39,903 nucleotides of DNA from a virus. Under the pieces are notes generated by a model that had not been told where the DNA came from, did not search any database, and saw nothing but the letters and a program-made list of their open reading frames with translations. Made by a program: the position numbers and the translations under genes. Every line of letters begins with the position of its first letter. Position 1 is the stretch's first letter. The stretch lies in UHGV virus genome UHGV-0192709, one strand, 5' to 3'. This document shows positions 8,662 to 21,400 of the stretch, in pieces.

Positions 8662-8979
8662 ATGGCGGAAGTTAAAAGCAGACAGGAAGCGCAGGCGCAG
8701 GAAGCGGCCAAGGCATACGACCCGTGGAACGACATGGTGGAGGTGCTGATTCCCATGCGCAGCAGAACGGAGCAGCCCACGGCGTACATCAGCATTAACA
8801 GGCGGGGCTTTTTTGTGCCCAAGGGCAAGCGCACGATGGTTCCCCGGCCCGTGGCGGAGGTGATTCAGCGGAGCATGGAGATGCAGACGGAGCTGGAAAA
8901 AGAAGCGCGGGTGGACTTTGGCGGCAGCGTGACCGTGGCGCAGAGCGGAATCCTGGACGAAGGAAAGCTGTTCCGATGA
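8662..8979 (+). CDS. Small virion-associated hypothetical protein
   Basis: RBS present; follows the capsid gene; VPKG...VPRPVAEVI motif. Confidence 0.8.
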   Translation: MAEVKSRQEAQAQEAAKAYDPWNDMVEVLIPMRSRTEQPTAYISINRRGFFVPKGKRTMVPRPVAEVIQRSMEMQTELEKEARVDFGGSVTVAQSGILDEGKLFR

Positions 8980-9350
8980 CCATTTGCGAGGCCCTGGCGC
9001 TGGTGGACGAATTAAAGCCAAACGCGGTAGACCGGGCGACGAAGAAAAAATGGCTGGGGGATGTGGACGGCATGGTGGTGGATCAATTGATTTTGACCCA
9101 CGAGCACGAAAGCGCCCCCGCCTTTACGCCCTACGGCGCGGCGACGGACGAGGAAACGGAGCTTTTGATTCCCGCGCCCTATGACACGATTTACCGCTGG
9201 TACGTGGAGGCGCAAATCCACCTGCGGAACCTGGAGATGGAGCAATTTCAGAACATGCAGAGCTTTTTTAACCAGGAATGGGCGGAATACAAGCGCAAAT
9301 ACAACCGAGAGCACATGCCCCTGCAAAGAGCGGGGCGCATGCAGTTTTGA
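8976..9350 (+). CDS. Head-tail adaptor-like protein
   Basis: MTI.EAL..VD.LKPN and LLIPAPYD.IY..Y pattern; position between capsid and nozzle. Confidence 0.7.
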   Translation: MTICEALALVDELKPNAVDRATKKKWLGDVDGMVVDQLILTHEHESAPAFTPYGAATDEETELLIPAPYDTIYRWYVEAQIHLRNLEMEQFQNMQSFFNQEWAEYKRKYNREHMPLQRAGRMQF

Positions 9351-9360
9351 GGAGGCAGGC

Positions 9361-11124
9361 ATGCTATACCCGGCGCAGACGGCGATAAAAACGCAGCGGA
9401 TGTACACCGAAAGCTTCCTGGGGCTGGACAGACGGCCCCGGGCGGCGGACGGCGCGTTTTTTGATATGGAGAATATGACGGGCGACCCCATTCCGCTGAT
9501 TTCCAGCCGGAAGCGCCGGGGGCTGCTTGCCCAGGCGGCTTCCCCGCGCGCCATGACGGCGGCGGGGAAGCTGGCGTATATCGCGGGGAATACGCTATAT
9601 TACGACGGCGAAGCCACGCCCATTAACGACCTGACGGAGGAAACGCCCAAGCGCATGGCGGTGATGGGCGCTTACATCGTGGTATTTCCGGATGGAAAAT
9701 ATTATAACACCGTAAAGCCGGAAGACCACGGGAGTATCAACAGGCTATACGCAAGCCAGGGGAACGTGACCTATACCCTGTGCCGGATGGACGGGACGGA
9801 ATACGGGGACGAAAGCATTACGACCGGAAACGACGCGCCGGAGGACCCGAAAAACGGGGCGCTGTGGCTGGACACGGGGCGAGAAACCCACGCGCTGAAG
9901 CGCTACAGCGCCGTATACGGAAGCTGGGAGAGCGTGCCAACGGTATACACGCGCATCGGCGCGCAGGGCATCGGCGCGGGCCTTAAAAAGCAGGACGGCG
10001 TGGAGATCAGCGGAATCGCCTACGCGGGGGACAGCGAGACGCTGAAAAAGCAATACGACGCGCTGAACGGCACCAGCCAGATTCAGGCCTGCGGGGACGA
10101 CTATATTGTGATTATCGGGCTGGTGGATCAGCAATACACCCAGACGGCGGGCGCGGTGCGGGCCGACCGCAAAGCGCCGCAGATGGATTTAATCATTGAA
10201 TGCAACAATCGCCTATGGGGATGCAGGCACGGGGAAACGGACGGACAAACGCTGAACGAAATTTACGCCTGCGCCCTGGGAGATTTTAAAAACTGGCGAA
10301 AGTATACGGGCGTGCAGGGCGCGTATACCGTGAGCGTGGGGACGGACGGGGAATTTACGGGGGCCATCAATCACAGGGGGCAGCCGTATTTTTTCAAGGA
10401 GGGCGCGCTGCACAAAATCCTGGGGGACGCGCCCAGCAATTACGAAATGCAGACGACGCTGCTGGACGGCGTGAAAAAGGGGAGCGAATACAGCCTTGTT
10501 TCTGTGAACGGGACGCTGTATTACCACGGAATTACGGGCATATGCCAATTTGACAGCCTGCCCTACACGGTATCAAAGCCGCTGGGCGACGGAAAATTCC
10601 ACGGCGCGGCGGCGGGGGAAAAGGCGGGGAAATACTACGTCAGCATGGCGGACGAAACGGGCGAATGGAGCGTATACTGCCTGGACACGGAGCAGGGCAC
10701 CTGGTGGCGGCAGGATGGGAAGCGGGCGCTTGCCTTTGCGCGCATCGGGGACGAAATATACATGCTGGAGGATACCGGCGCAATCTGGGCCCTGGAGGGC
10801 ACGGCGGGAACGCTGGAGGGGCCCGTGGAATGGCGGATGGACAGCGCGGAAATGGGCTATGAATACCCCGACCGGAAATACATCTGGCGCTTTAACGTGC
10901 GCATGATGCTGGGGCAAAACGCGGAATGCGAATTTTTTATCCAGTACGATTCCAGCGGCGTGTGGGAGCGGCAGGGCTACATGGAGGGCCGGAGCAGGCC
11001 GGGAACCTACACCCTGCCCATTCTGCCCAGACGCTGCGACCACCTGAAGATTCGGATCCAGGGAAAAGGGGAAATACAGCTATATTCCATTGCCCGGCTG
11101 CTTGCGGTGGGCGCGGATGGATGA
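9361..11124 (+). CDS. Tail nozzle / stabilisation protein (beta-propeller-like)
   Basis: GGAGG RBS before ATG 9361; F.GLD start, ECNNRLWGC, beta-rich; position typical of a podovirus nozzle. Confidence 0.75.
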   Translation: MLYPAQTAIKTQRMYTESFLGLDRRPRAADGAFFDMENMTGDPIPLISSRKRRGLLAQAASPRAMTAAGKLAYIAGNTLYYDGEATPINDLTEETPKRMAVMGAYIVVFPDGKYYNTVKPEDHGSINRLYASQGNVTYTLCRMDGTEYGDESITTGNDAPEDPKNGALWLDTGRETHALKRYSAVYGSWESVPTVYTRIGAQGIGAGLKKQDGVEISGIAYAGDSETLKKQYDALNGTSQIQACGDDYIVIIGLVDQQYTQTAGAVRADRKAPQMDLIIECNNRLWGCRHGETDGQTLNEIYACALGDFKNWRKYTGVQGAYTVSVGTDGEFTGAINHRGQPYFFKEGALHKILGDAPSNYEMQTTLLDGVKKGSEYSLVSVNGTLYYHGITGICQFDSLPYTVSKPLGDGKFHGAAAGEKAGKYYVSMADETGEWSVYCLDTEQGTWWRQDGKRALAFARIGDEIYMLEDTGAIWALEGTAGTLEGPVEWRMDSAEMGYEYPDRKYIWRFNVRMMLGQNAECEFFIQYDSSGVWERQGYMEGRSRPGTYTLPILPRRCDHLKIRIQGKGEIQLYSIARLLAVGADG

Positions 11125-11141
11125 AAAGGGAGGAATAAAAC

Positions 11142-12470
11142 ATGGCCAACACAAAATATGAAGAAGAACTGGAAAAGGCGAAGCTTCAGCCGCAGCAAGC
11201 GCAGCAGCAGAGCCAGCAGCAGGCGGGCCTGCTGGGCGTGAGCGATTCCACGCGGCAGAACCTGGGGGCGCTGGCGCAGGGCTACACGCCCAGCCAGAAC
11301 GTGACCGCCGCGCAGGAATACCTCAAGGGCCTGGCCAGCAAAAAGCCGGGGGATTATTCCTCCCAATACGCGCCGCAGATTACGCAGCTTTACGACAAGA
11401 TGATGAACCGCGGCCAGTTTAAATACGACATGGACGCGGATCCGCTGTGGCAGCAATACAAAAACAGCTACATGCAGACGGGGCGGCAGGCCATGCAGGA
11501 CACGGTGGGCACGATGGCGGCGCTGACGGGGGGCTACGGCAACAGCTACGCCCAGGCGGCGGGGCAGCAGCAATACCAGCAATATCTGCTGGGGCTGCAC
11601 GACCAGCTTCCGGCGCTGCAGCAGCAGGCCTTTGCGCGATACCAGCAGGAGGGGCAGGACATACAAAACCAGCTTTCCATCGCCCAGGCGCTGGACGATA
11701 CGGCCTATGGCCGGTACCGGGACGCGCTGGGCGACTGGAAAAACGAGCGGAACTACGCAAAGAGCGACTACGAGAGCGAATACGAGCGGGAATACAACGA
11801 TTATCTGAACCGGCTGAATTACTGGCAGCAGCAGGGGCAGCTTGAAAACCAGGACTATTGGAAGGGCCAGGAATACGGCCTTTCCCGGGAGCAGATGGAC
11901 ATTACCAAGGGACAATTCGAAATGCAGCGGCGAAGCGACGCATTCGAGCGGGCGCTGACCATGCTGCAATTGGGCATGACCCCGGGGGCCGATCTGCTGG
12001 CGGCGGCGGGACTGACCGACGCGGATGTGAAGGCCTATCTGGCGCTGCGGCAGGGCACGGGCGGCGGAGGCGGCGGAAACGGAGCCGGGAAAGAAACCAA
12101 TCGTTCGATGGGCAGGGCAACATGGCTGAAAAATACGGCTAACGCGCTGGCCGCAGCCGGGGTAAGCCCCGGGGACAACGTGGAGGCGGCGGGCATGCCC
12201 AAGGGAACATACCAGGCGTATCTTGACGGGCAGAAAGACTGGATGGTGCTGGATCCGCAAGAATACGCGAAGAAAAAACAAGAAAATTCGACCGGATGGA
12301 CGGGCGGCGGGACGGAATTGAAAAAGCAGACGCGGCTGACGGACACGCTGGGGGCGATTAAGAGCATCGCAACAAAGAGGACATTTGACAACGCAAGGAA
12401 TCAAACGACGGAGCAGGATTATGAAAACGCCTATGCGGAGCTGCTGAAAGAAAAGAAAAAGGGGAAATAA
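11142..12470 (+). CDS. Internal virion / ejection protein (Q/Y/A-rich)
   Basis: AALTGGYGNSYAQAAGQQQYQQYL motif, low-complexity helical sequence; precedes the giant gene. Confidence 0.75.
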   Translation: MANTKYEEELEKAKLQPQQAQQQSQQQAGLLGVSDSTRQNLGALAQGYTPSQNVTAAQEYLKGLASKKPGDYSSQYAPQITQLYDKMMNRGQFKYDMDADPLWQQYKNSYMQTGRQAMQDTVGTMAALTGGYGNSYAQAAGQQQYQQYLLGLHDQLPALQQQAFARYQQEGQDIQNQLSIAQALDDTAYGRYRDALGDWKNERNYAKSDYESEYEREYNDYLNRLNYWQQQGQLENQDYWKGQEYGLSREQMDITKGQFEMQRRSDAFERALTMLQLGMTPGADLLAAAGLTDADVKAYLALRQGTGGGGGGNGAGKETNRSMGRATWLKNTANALAAAGVSPGDNVEAAGMPKGTYQAYLDGQKDWMVLDPQEYAKKKQENSTGWTGGGTELKKQTRLTDTLGAIKSIATKRTFDNARNQTTEQDYENAYAELLKEKKKGK

Positions 12471-12472
12471 CC

Positions 12473-15400
12473 ATGAAAAGCTATTTTCGGGAGGCCATGA
12501 AGCAGAACCTTGAGCGGGACGCCAAGGAAAAAAAGGCGCAGCAGAGCAATCAGGCCAGCGCGCCCAGGACGAAGCGGAACCTGGTTGCGCCGTTTAAAAC
12601 GGATTACCTGAACCAGAAATATAAGGACGCGGTGGCCGACCTGGGGCAATATACCAGCCCCAGGAACGCCATTGAGGAAGCATACAAAGCCGTATCGACC
12701 ATGCGCGATACGGTGTTTGCGTATGACGGCGCGGCCCGGGAGAAGGACGCGAAGGCGGCAATTCTGGCCGGGGAAAAGCAGATGAACAAATCCCTGCGGG
12801 AGAGCCGGACGAGATTCCAGCTGGAGGGGAAAAGCTACGGCGAAATGATCGCCCTGGCGAAGAGCAAGGGCTACCGGGACGCGCGGGAAAACCTGCAGGA
12901 CATGGCCAGGCGCGGCCTGGTGAGCGACCAGCAGGCCGCGATGGCGATTGCGTCGGGCGACGAGGGCGGCACGGAGGCGGAGCGGCATGTGCAAAGATGG
13001 GCGGACGCGCTGAAAAGCTACAAGGGGAACGCCCAGGACTATTTTTCCATTTATCAAGACCCGGCGAAGGCCATGCAAGCCCTGCGGGACGACAAGACCA
13101 TGCGGGCCATGACCTTTGAGCAGCAGGACATTCTGACGGAGCTTTTGCAGGAATCGGGCGCGCTGGACAGCTTTGATACCGCTGAGCAGGAAAAACTGGC
13201 GGCGGACTACGCGGCGCGGGAAATGACCTATATGCAGGAGGCCATGCGCAGCCTGCAGAACCAGGAGGAATGGCAGGACATTATCGACTACGGCCGGAAA
13301 AACACGCTGGAGGGCGCGCGGGAATGGGCGGAAAGCGAACCGGAAAGCCAGGAGGCGAAGAATAACCTGTATTTCGCGGAAAAAAAGGCGGAGTATGACG
13401 CGATTGCTCCCGGAGAGGACGATTACGACGCGAACAACGGGGACGGGCTTTATCAGTACATCAACGGGAACAAGCAGATTATCGACGAAGCGAACAGTGT
13501 GCTCGGCATGCCGGGCGGAATCGACCCTTGGTATAAATACCGGTACATGACGGATGACCAGGTGCGGAAATACAACGCCATTGTGAAGCAAAAGGGGCTG
13601 GCGGAGGGAAAGAAATACCTGGACGAATATCTTTCCTATTCGCTGAACGAGCGGCAAAACGAGGAAGCGAAGCGGGCGATGTACGACGCGGCCCAGAGCG
13701 GGACGGCGGGCGCGGTGATGGCCAGCGCGGCCAGCGTTCCCATGAGCCTTGCCCGGGGCCTCGGCTACGCGGACGTGCTGCTGCAAAAGCTGACGAACCG
13801 GCTGACCGGAAGCGAAAGGCCGGTGGATTACAACAGGAGCATGAACCAGATCGGCGCGGGCGCGGACGCGGCGCGCCAGGGCGTGATGGACAGCGTGGAC
13901 TGGAATATTAACGTGCTGGGCCGTGATGTGGACGTATTCGACTTTTTATACGGGACGGCCATGAGCGGCGCGGACAGCCTGGCGGCGGGCGCGTTCGGCC
14001 CGGCGCTGGGCGCGGTGATCCTGGGATCCTCGGCGGCGCAGAGCACCATGCAGGACGTGCACGAGCGGGGCGGAAACGACGGGCAGGCGCTGGTTTCCGG
14101 CCTGGCGGCGGGCATTTTTGAAGAACTATTTGAAAAAGTGAGCCTGGGGAACCTCTTTGCGGACCTTGGGAGCATGAATAAGGAGGGGCTGAAAGGCGCG
14201 CTGAAGATGATCGCCCGGGAGACGGGGGTTAATTTCAGCGAGGAATTTTTTACCGAGGTGGCCAACGTAGCCTTCGACGAAATTTATATGGGCGACCTCT
14301 CGGAAGCGACGAAAAAATACGAATACTACAGGAGCCTAGGCCTAACCGACGAGCAAGCCAGCGCGAAGATGGCAAGCGATATCGGCGCGCAATTCCTGGA
14401 GGCGGGCCTGGGCGGCGCTGTGATGGGCGCGGGATTCGGCGCGATGGGGGCCGTAAACGCCACGAGAAACAACAGCAAGGTAACGAAGCAGGCGGGAGAT
14501 AACATCATCCAGGCGGGCACGCGGGAGCGGCTGAAAAAAATCGCCTCGGCCTTCGGGGAGGACAGCGAGGCGGGGCGGCTGGCGAAAACATATAACGCGG
14601 AAACGGCGGAAAGCAAGGAAACGGGAAAACTCTTCCGGGCGGTGCTGGAGGAAATGCCGCAGGGCGAACAGCGGACGGTGAAATTCCGGGAGGATATGAT
14701 GGGCCTGGTGGCGGCGGAGGTGGCGGAAAGGCTGCTGGAGCTGGGCGAAAACGAAGGAGACGCGGCAGAAGCGGCCATGGCCGTAACCGCCCTGTGGGCC
14801 AACGCGGAGCTGGAGGCGGCGGATTATCTGGCGCTGTCCCGGAGCGACCATGCAATTGAACTGGCGGAGCAGCTGCTAGGCATGGAAGCGGCGGACGCAA
14901 GCCAGAGCGCGGAGAGCGCGGCCAACGCGGAACAGGACGCATGGGACGCGGAGCAGGATATAACGACCGAAGCCCAGGCGGGGGAAAACGCGGCGGACGC
15001 GGCGGCGCGGGAGCTGGAGGCGGAAGGGCCCGACAGGCGGACGGAGAAAAGGGAAGCGCACGCGAGAATCAGCCTGGACGACGAGGGCGGCGTGAAAATC
15101 CAGGAGAACGGAAGGGAGATCGACCTGGACGAAAGCGCGATGACCGACAGCCAGAAAACCCTGGTGCTGGACAGCCAGGGCATGCAGCCCGAAACGGCGG
15201 CGGCTATGCGCGGCGCATACGCAGAAGGCGGGGACGTATCCGCCCATGAATACGGGATAGGCTTTAAACGCGCTGTAGAGGCCTATAAGCGCGGGGAAAC
15301 GCCAACGGGCGTTTATGCCGGGGCGCTGACGGAAACGCAGCTGGAGGCCGCCAGAGCGGCAGCGGAGGGGGAAAACGCCAGGGCGCGGGAGCAGACCCTG

Positions 15401-18400
15401 CAGGCGGCCCAGGAAACGGCCCAGGCGCTGGGCCTGCGGGCGCTGACGGAGGAAACGAAAAACGAGGCGGGGGCGGTGATCGCCAGCGCCAAGGGCAGAC
15501 CGGACGAATTCCAGGCGGCGCAGATCAAGCTGGTGGACAGGGTGGCCAAGGAGCTGGGCGTGCAGGTGCGCCTGTACGACACGCTAAAAAGCCCGGGCGG
15601 CGCGAAGGCGAACGCCAGCTACGCCCAGGGGACGAACATTATTAACCTGGCCCTGGACGCGGACAAGGGGCTGCTGACCAAGGCGGTAAGCCATGAACTG
15701 TATCACTTTGCAAAGGAATGGAACGCGGAGGGCGCGGAGCGGCTTTCCGCGCTGGTGCTGGGCACGCTGGAGGGGAAGGAAGGCTATGACCTGAAAGCGC
15801 GGATCCAGGAGAAAATAGCGGAATACGAGGAAGGCGGCGTGATACTGACCGAGGCGGCGGCCCTGGAGGAGATTGTGGGCGACGGGCTGCTGGACTACAT
15901 CGGGACGGAGGAGAACTTTTCCGCCCTGGCCAAGGCGGATAGGAGCCTTGCGGAGCGGATTAAAAGCTGGGTATCGGAAATGGCGGGGCGGATCCGGAGG
16001 CTGATGGGGGAACTGACAGGGAAGGAAGCGGAGGCGCTGCGGGACGACCTGAGCTATTTAGAGGCCCGGGACAAGATGATGCAGGGGGTGCTGCAAAAAG
16101 CGGCGGAGAACCTGCGGGACGCGCAGCGGGGCATGTATGGCAGCGCAAAAACGGACACGGCGGTAAAGGAATACCAGGCGGAAATGCGAAACGCCATGAA
16201 CGCGCAGGAGCGGGAGGAGGCGCTGAACGGGCTGGTATCCAAAATGATGGCGCGGACGCAGCGCGCCTATTTCGCCGCGCATCCGGAAGCCGATCTGACC
16301 GCGACGATGGAGAAAATGAAGCGCGGGCTGCTTGCATACGGGCAGGGGAAAACGGATGTGGAGACGGCGCTGAAGAAGGAGGGTCTTTCCGCGCCCCGGG
16401 CGGGCACGCACACGATGTATGTGATGAGCTACATCGGGCAGCAGGCGGCGCTGCTGAAGGAGAAGGGGCAGAAATACAGCATAGAAACCTTTGAAAAGAA
16501 CGGGCGCACCTTCTCCTATGTAAAGGCCGAGCGGCAGGTGATTACCGGGGACGACCCGCAAGCCTGGGGCAAGCAGGTGGAGAATTACATCAATTCCGAA
16601 ATCCGGAAGGGAAAGGACGTAACCTTCTACACGGAAAACGGCGTGCCGCTGACCGTTACCAAGGATACGGCGGGGAAGGCGACTTACTGGAACACGGATC
16701 AATCGGGAAACAGGGTATCTGAAAAAGAATATGGAATTAAACTAAGGATAGAATCTCACATTGATGAAGCGGCACAGGTATCCAAGGGCAAGGGAAATCA
16801 GAAAATAGACAAAAAAAGCCACTCGTTTGCAAATAACGGGTGGAACTACAGAAAAGCGTTCTTTGAAGATTTTGATGGAAATTATTATTCGTTTAAAATT
16901 TCGGTAGGGAAAAATGGGAAAATAAACACAATTTATAACGTGAACAACATAAAAAAAGAAGCAGAATCACCGAACACGCTCAAAGGCGCTCAGCCGAAAA
17001 AAACGACCGTCGGACTTACTGCTTCCACTTACAGTATATCCGAAGACAGCGAAAATGTCAACGGAAAATTCAGCCTGTCCAGCGAGGTGGAGGAGCAAAA
17101 GAATTTAATCGCGGTGCACAACCTGACGGAGGAGAAGCTGGAAAAGGCGCTGGAGCTGGGAGGATTCCCCATGCCCAGCATTGCCATTACGAAGGCGAGC
17201 ATGGGGCACCAGAATTTTGGGGATATTTCGCTGGTATTCGGGCGGGAAACCATCGACCCGAAGCAGAACAGAAAGAACCTGGCCTACAGCGCGGACGCAT
17301 GGACGCCGACCTTCCCGCAGCTTGATTATAAAATCGACGACGCGAAGGAGAGGGCGCTGGTGGATTGGGCGCGGAAGCTGGAGATACCGCAGAAATACAG
17401 AAACGGGGCGGTAAGCTTTGTAAGCGACCTGGAGGATCAGGCCATGCGATACGGCGGGGAAAGCGGCCTGGTGAAGGCGGCGGAGGATAAACCGGGCATG
17501 CAAGCGGCATACCTGGCGGAAAAGGGCGAAACGATTGAAATTGAAAAACGAACCCAGGCGAAGGAAAGCGGCTTTTCGCCGGAAACGGTGGAGAAGGCGA
17601 AACGGGTGATCGACCTGATGGGCGGGGACGTGCAGACCGTCCGGAAAATGCCGTTCAATCAGATTTGGGACGAATACGGAGAGCAGCTGAAGGAAATCTT
17701 TCCTTCGCTGCAAAAGGGACGCTTTAACCTGCAGCGAATCATGAGCATTGCGGTGCGGGCCGCAGAATACGCCGGGAGCGGAACGGAAACCGTACAGGTG
17801 GACGATTACGCGGCGACGGAGCGGAAGATGCGCGAAAAAATCGACCAAGCGGACTTCCGGGCATGGCTCGAGGAAAAGCTGAAGGGCGTGATCGCGGGAA
17901 AGGGCGTGTATAACAACAGGGAGATTTTTACAGCCAGCGGAAACAGGCGCAGCTTTGACCAGCTGCACTGGGAGCCGACGCTGGAGAACATCGCAAAGGC
18001 GATGGCGGGACAGCGGGCGGGAAACAGCAAAAATGTGACGGGCTTTCACGGGGTGAAAACGCTGCGGGCGGCCACGGCGGAAACCTTCAAGAGCGTGGAG
18101 CAGATGCACGCCCGGGAAAACCGCCTGCAGGCAATGACGCAGGAGCAGCAGGACGCGCTGGCAGAGCGCTTAAGCGACCGCCTGATGAACCTGATGGGAA
18201 AAATCCTGGAGCAGGGGAAGCAAACCTCGGGGAACAGCCTGATGGACATGGATACCGTAGGCGAAATTTTGACGGAGATCGGAGAAAAGGCGTACACGGA
18301 GGAAAGCATTCAACGGGATTTTGCAAAATACAGCAGGCCCATCGACCAGGCGACGGCGGGAGAAATCAAGGCCCTGCTGGACGAAATCTCGCAAATGCCG

Positions 18401-21400
18401 GTGAATATGTTCGAGGCGAAGCCGGAGCGGGCCGTGGGCTTTAACGAGGTGCGGGCGGCTATCGTGCCGGACAGCGCGAACCAGGAAATCGTTGATGCGC
18501 TGGAGGGATACGGCGTTGAGGTGATCCGCTACGCGGAGGGCAATGAAGAGCAGCGGCTGGAGGCGCTGAACAGCATGGACGCGCTGAAATTCAGCGTGGC
18601 GGAGGAGCAAAACGGCCAGACGCAGCTTCCGGACGTGACGGAGGACGCGGAGCTTTCCGCCCAGGCGGCGGGCGACGAGGACATGCGGGCGGCGCTGATG
18701 CTGGTGCAGCGGCTGTACGACACGGCGAGGAACGGCGAGGGCTATCTGGAGCTGAACGGGCGCGGGGCCATTCAGGCGGGAGACTGGCAAAAGCGCGTGG
18801 AGGGTATTCGGGACAGGCTGCTGAGCGAAACGGGCAGCGGCTACGGCAAGGGCGCGCTGACCAGGCGGCTGAACACGCTGTTCGCGGCCATGGACGAGGG
18901 AACGCAGAGCGTGGGCGATTTGCTGATGTACGCCCGGGAAACGGGGAAAAAGCTGCTGGAAAATGCGGACTGGGCCAAGGGCGTGCAGGACGAAGCCACG
19001 GCGGAGGCGCTGCGCATTTTGAAAACGAACAAATTCTACCTGACCGAGGACATGAAAAGCGAGATTCGTGGAACCTTCGGCTCGGTGCAGAATTTCATGA
19101 GAAAGAACTTTGGCAAGCTGGCGATTCGGGTCAAAGCGGAAAACGGGAACGCGGGGGCGAACGTATCCCTGGCGGAGGTGTGGACGAAAAGCCTTTCCGA
19201 CCTGATGCCGGGAACCTTTACGGCGGACGCGACGGAGGCGGACATGCCCATTATCCTGAACGCATGGCTGGAAACCGTGCAGGGCAGGGAGAACAGCAAT
19301 TATTACGGCAACAACATTCCGCAGATGGAAACGGACATTGGGCTGCAATTGATGCTGGACTATTACAACCTGCCGGGGGCGCTGAAAGCCCCGAAACAAA
19401 ATGAATATTTGATAAAGGAATATGAAGCGAGGATCAAAAAAATTAGGAAGGAATACAAAAAGAAGAGAGAAAAGGAGCTTATCGCAAGGAGAGATATCGA
19501 AATAGAGAAAAAAACGCTGGGCGAAATCTCCCGAAATGTGAAATACCTGAACACGCGCATTGTGAACGCAAGCGACGCCCGCCATGTGCCGGACGCGCTG
19601 AAGGGCGCTGTGACCCGATTTATGGACAGCTTTTTGAACGATACCAGCGTATTTGACCGGGAGCGGCTGCGGGAACTGCGGGACGCATACGCGCGAATGC
19701 GGGAAACGGGGGTCAACGAGGACAGCCAAGCGGCATGGGCCTACGACGACGATATTAAAAACATGCTGGAGCGGATGGAAAAGACCATCGCCGGGCGCGG
19801 GCTTTCGCAGCTGACGCAGGACGAATTGGAAATGGTGCGCGACGTGGTGGGCAACCTGAAAAAAATGGTGGTGGAGGGGAACGAAATCACCATTAACGGA
19901 AGAAAGCAGACGGTGGATCACGCGGGAAATATGGCCCTGACGGAACTGAAGCGCAAGGACAACATAAAAAATGAAAAGCTGACCAACACGATCTACAAGA
20001 CCACCACCCCCTTCTATTTCTTCAAGAACCTGGGCGGGGAATTTAAAACGCTGTTCGACGACATGCGAAAGGGCCAGGGCAAATGGTCGGGCATGATGGG
20101 CAAGGCCAAGGAATACCTGGACGCGCAATTAAAAGAGCACCATGTGAACGATTGGCTGTGGACGGGGGACAACCTGGTGTTTACCACCGACCGGGGGGAA
20201 AAGATCGAGCTGGATAAGGGGCTGGCCATGGCGCTGTACGCCACCTGGAAGCGCGAAACGCTGAACAAGGCGCAAAACGCCAATCACTTGCGCATGGGCG
20301 GATTTATGTATCCCAAATGGGCGCAGGAAAAAATAAAGACCCAGGGGGTGGACGTGAACAGGCCCCACGCGCTGACGGCGGGGGACATGGCGAAAATTGA
20401 AGGCTATCTGGGAAAGAGCGGCATAGGCTTTGTGGACGGGATGGTGAAATACCTTTCCAACGACATGGCGCAGGCGGGGAACGAGGTTTCCATGGCGCTG
20501 TTCGGCTATCGCAAATTTACGGAGGGCTATTATTTCCCCTACGCCAGCAGCCGGGAATATATCGCCACGGACGTAACCCGGGGGCCCGGCGGCGAAAGCC
20601 AGGAAAAGACGCTGAAAAGCTGGGGCGCGGCGAAAAAGCTGACGGAGCGGGCGAACAACCCTATCATGATCGATAGCTTTATCGACGTGTGGGCGAAGCA
20701 CGTGAACCAGATGGCCACCTATTCCAGCTTTACCGTGGCCATGGACAACATGAACCGCCTATATAACTACAAAACGGGCGTGATGGAGGACGCAACACCG
20801 GAGAGCGTGCGGGTGGAGCTGAAGCGGGCCTTTGGGGAGGGCGCGGAAAAATACATCGCCAACCTGATGAAGGATATCGCGGGCGGCATGCGGCCAGACG
20901 AACGAGCAGGAATGGGGAAAACGCTGAGCCTGTTTAAAAAAGGCGCGGTTTCGGCCAGCGCGAGCGTAGCGATCCAGCAGCACAGCGCGATTATGCGGGC
21001 CATGGCGCTGATTAGCCCCAAATATTTTGTGGACGCGCCGAAGAACCCCATGAAAAGCTGGCGGGAACTGACGGAATACAGCGGCGTGGCGCGGGTGAAG
21101 GAAATGGGGCGCTTTGACACCATGACGGGCCAGAGCAGCACGGAATGGCTGACCAGCGACGTGAAGGATGAAAGCGCCTGGAAGCGGGCCGCAGATTTCG
21201 CGGACAACCTGGCCGGATGGGCCCCGGAAAAGGCCGACCAGGTGACCTGGGGAAAACTGTGGGAAACGGTGAAAAAGGAGCAGGAAGCGGCGGGCGTGGA
21301 CATTACCACCAAGGAGGGCCTGCAAAAATGCGGGGAGCGCTTTGACGAGGTGGCGGACGCGACGCAGGTATACGACAGCGTGCTATCCAAGAGCGAGATC

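Noticed and set aside
5802..8834. 1010-aa minus-strand ORF and other long antisense ORFs (3801..4835, 11007..12404, 18170..20128, 26101..27594)
   Set aside because: Shadow frames of high-GC structural genes, with no RBS or recognisable motifs.
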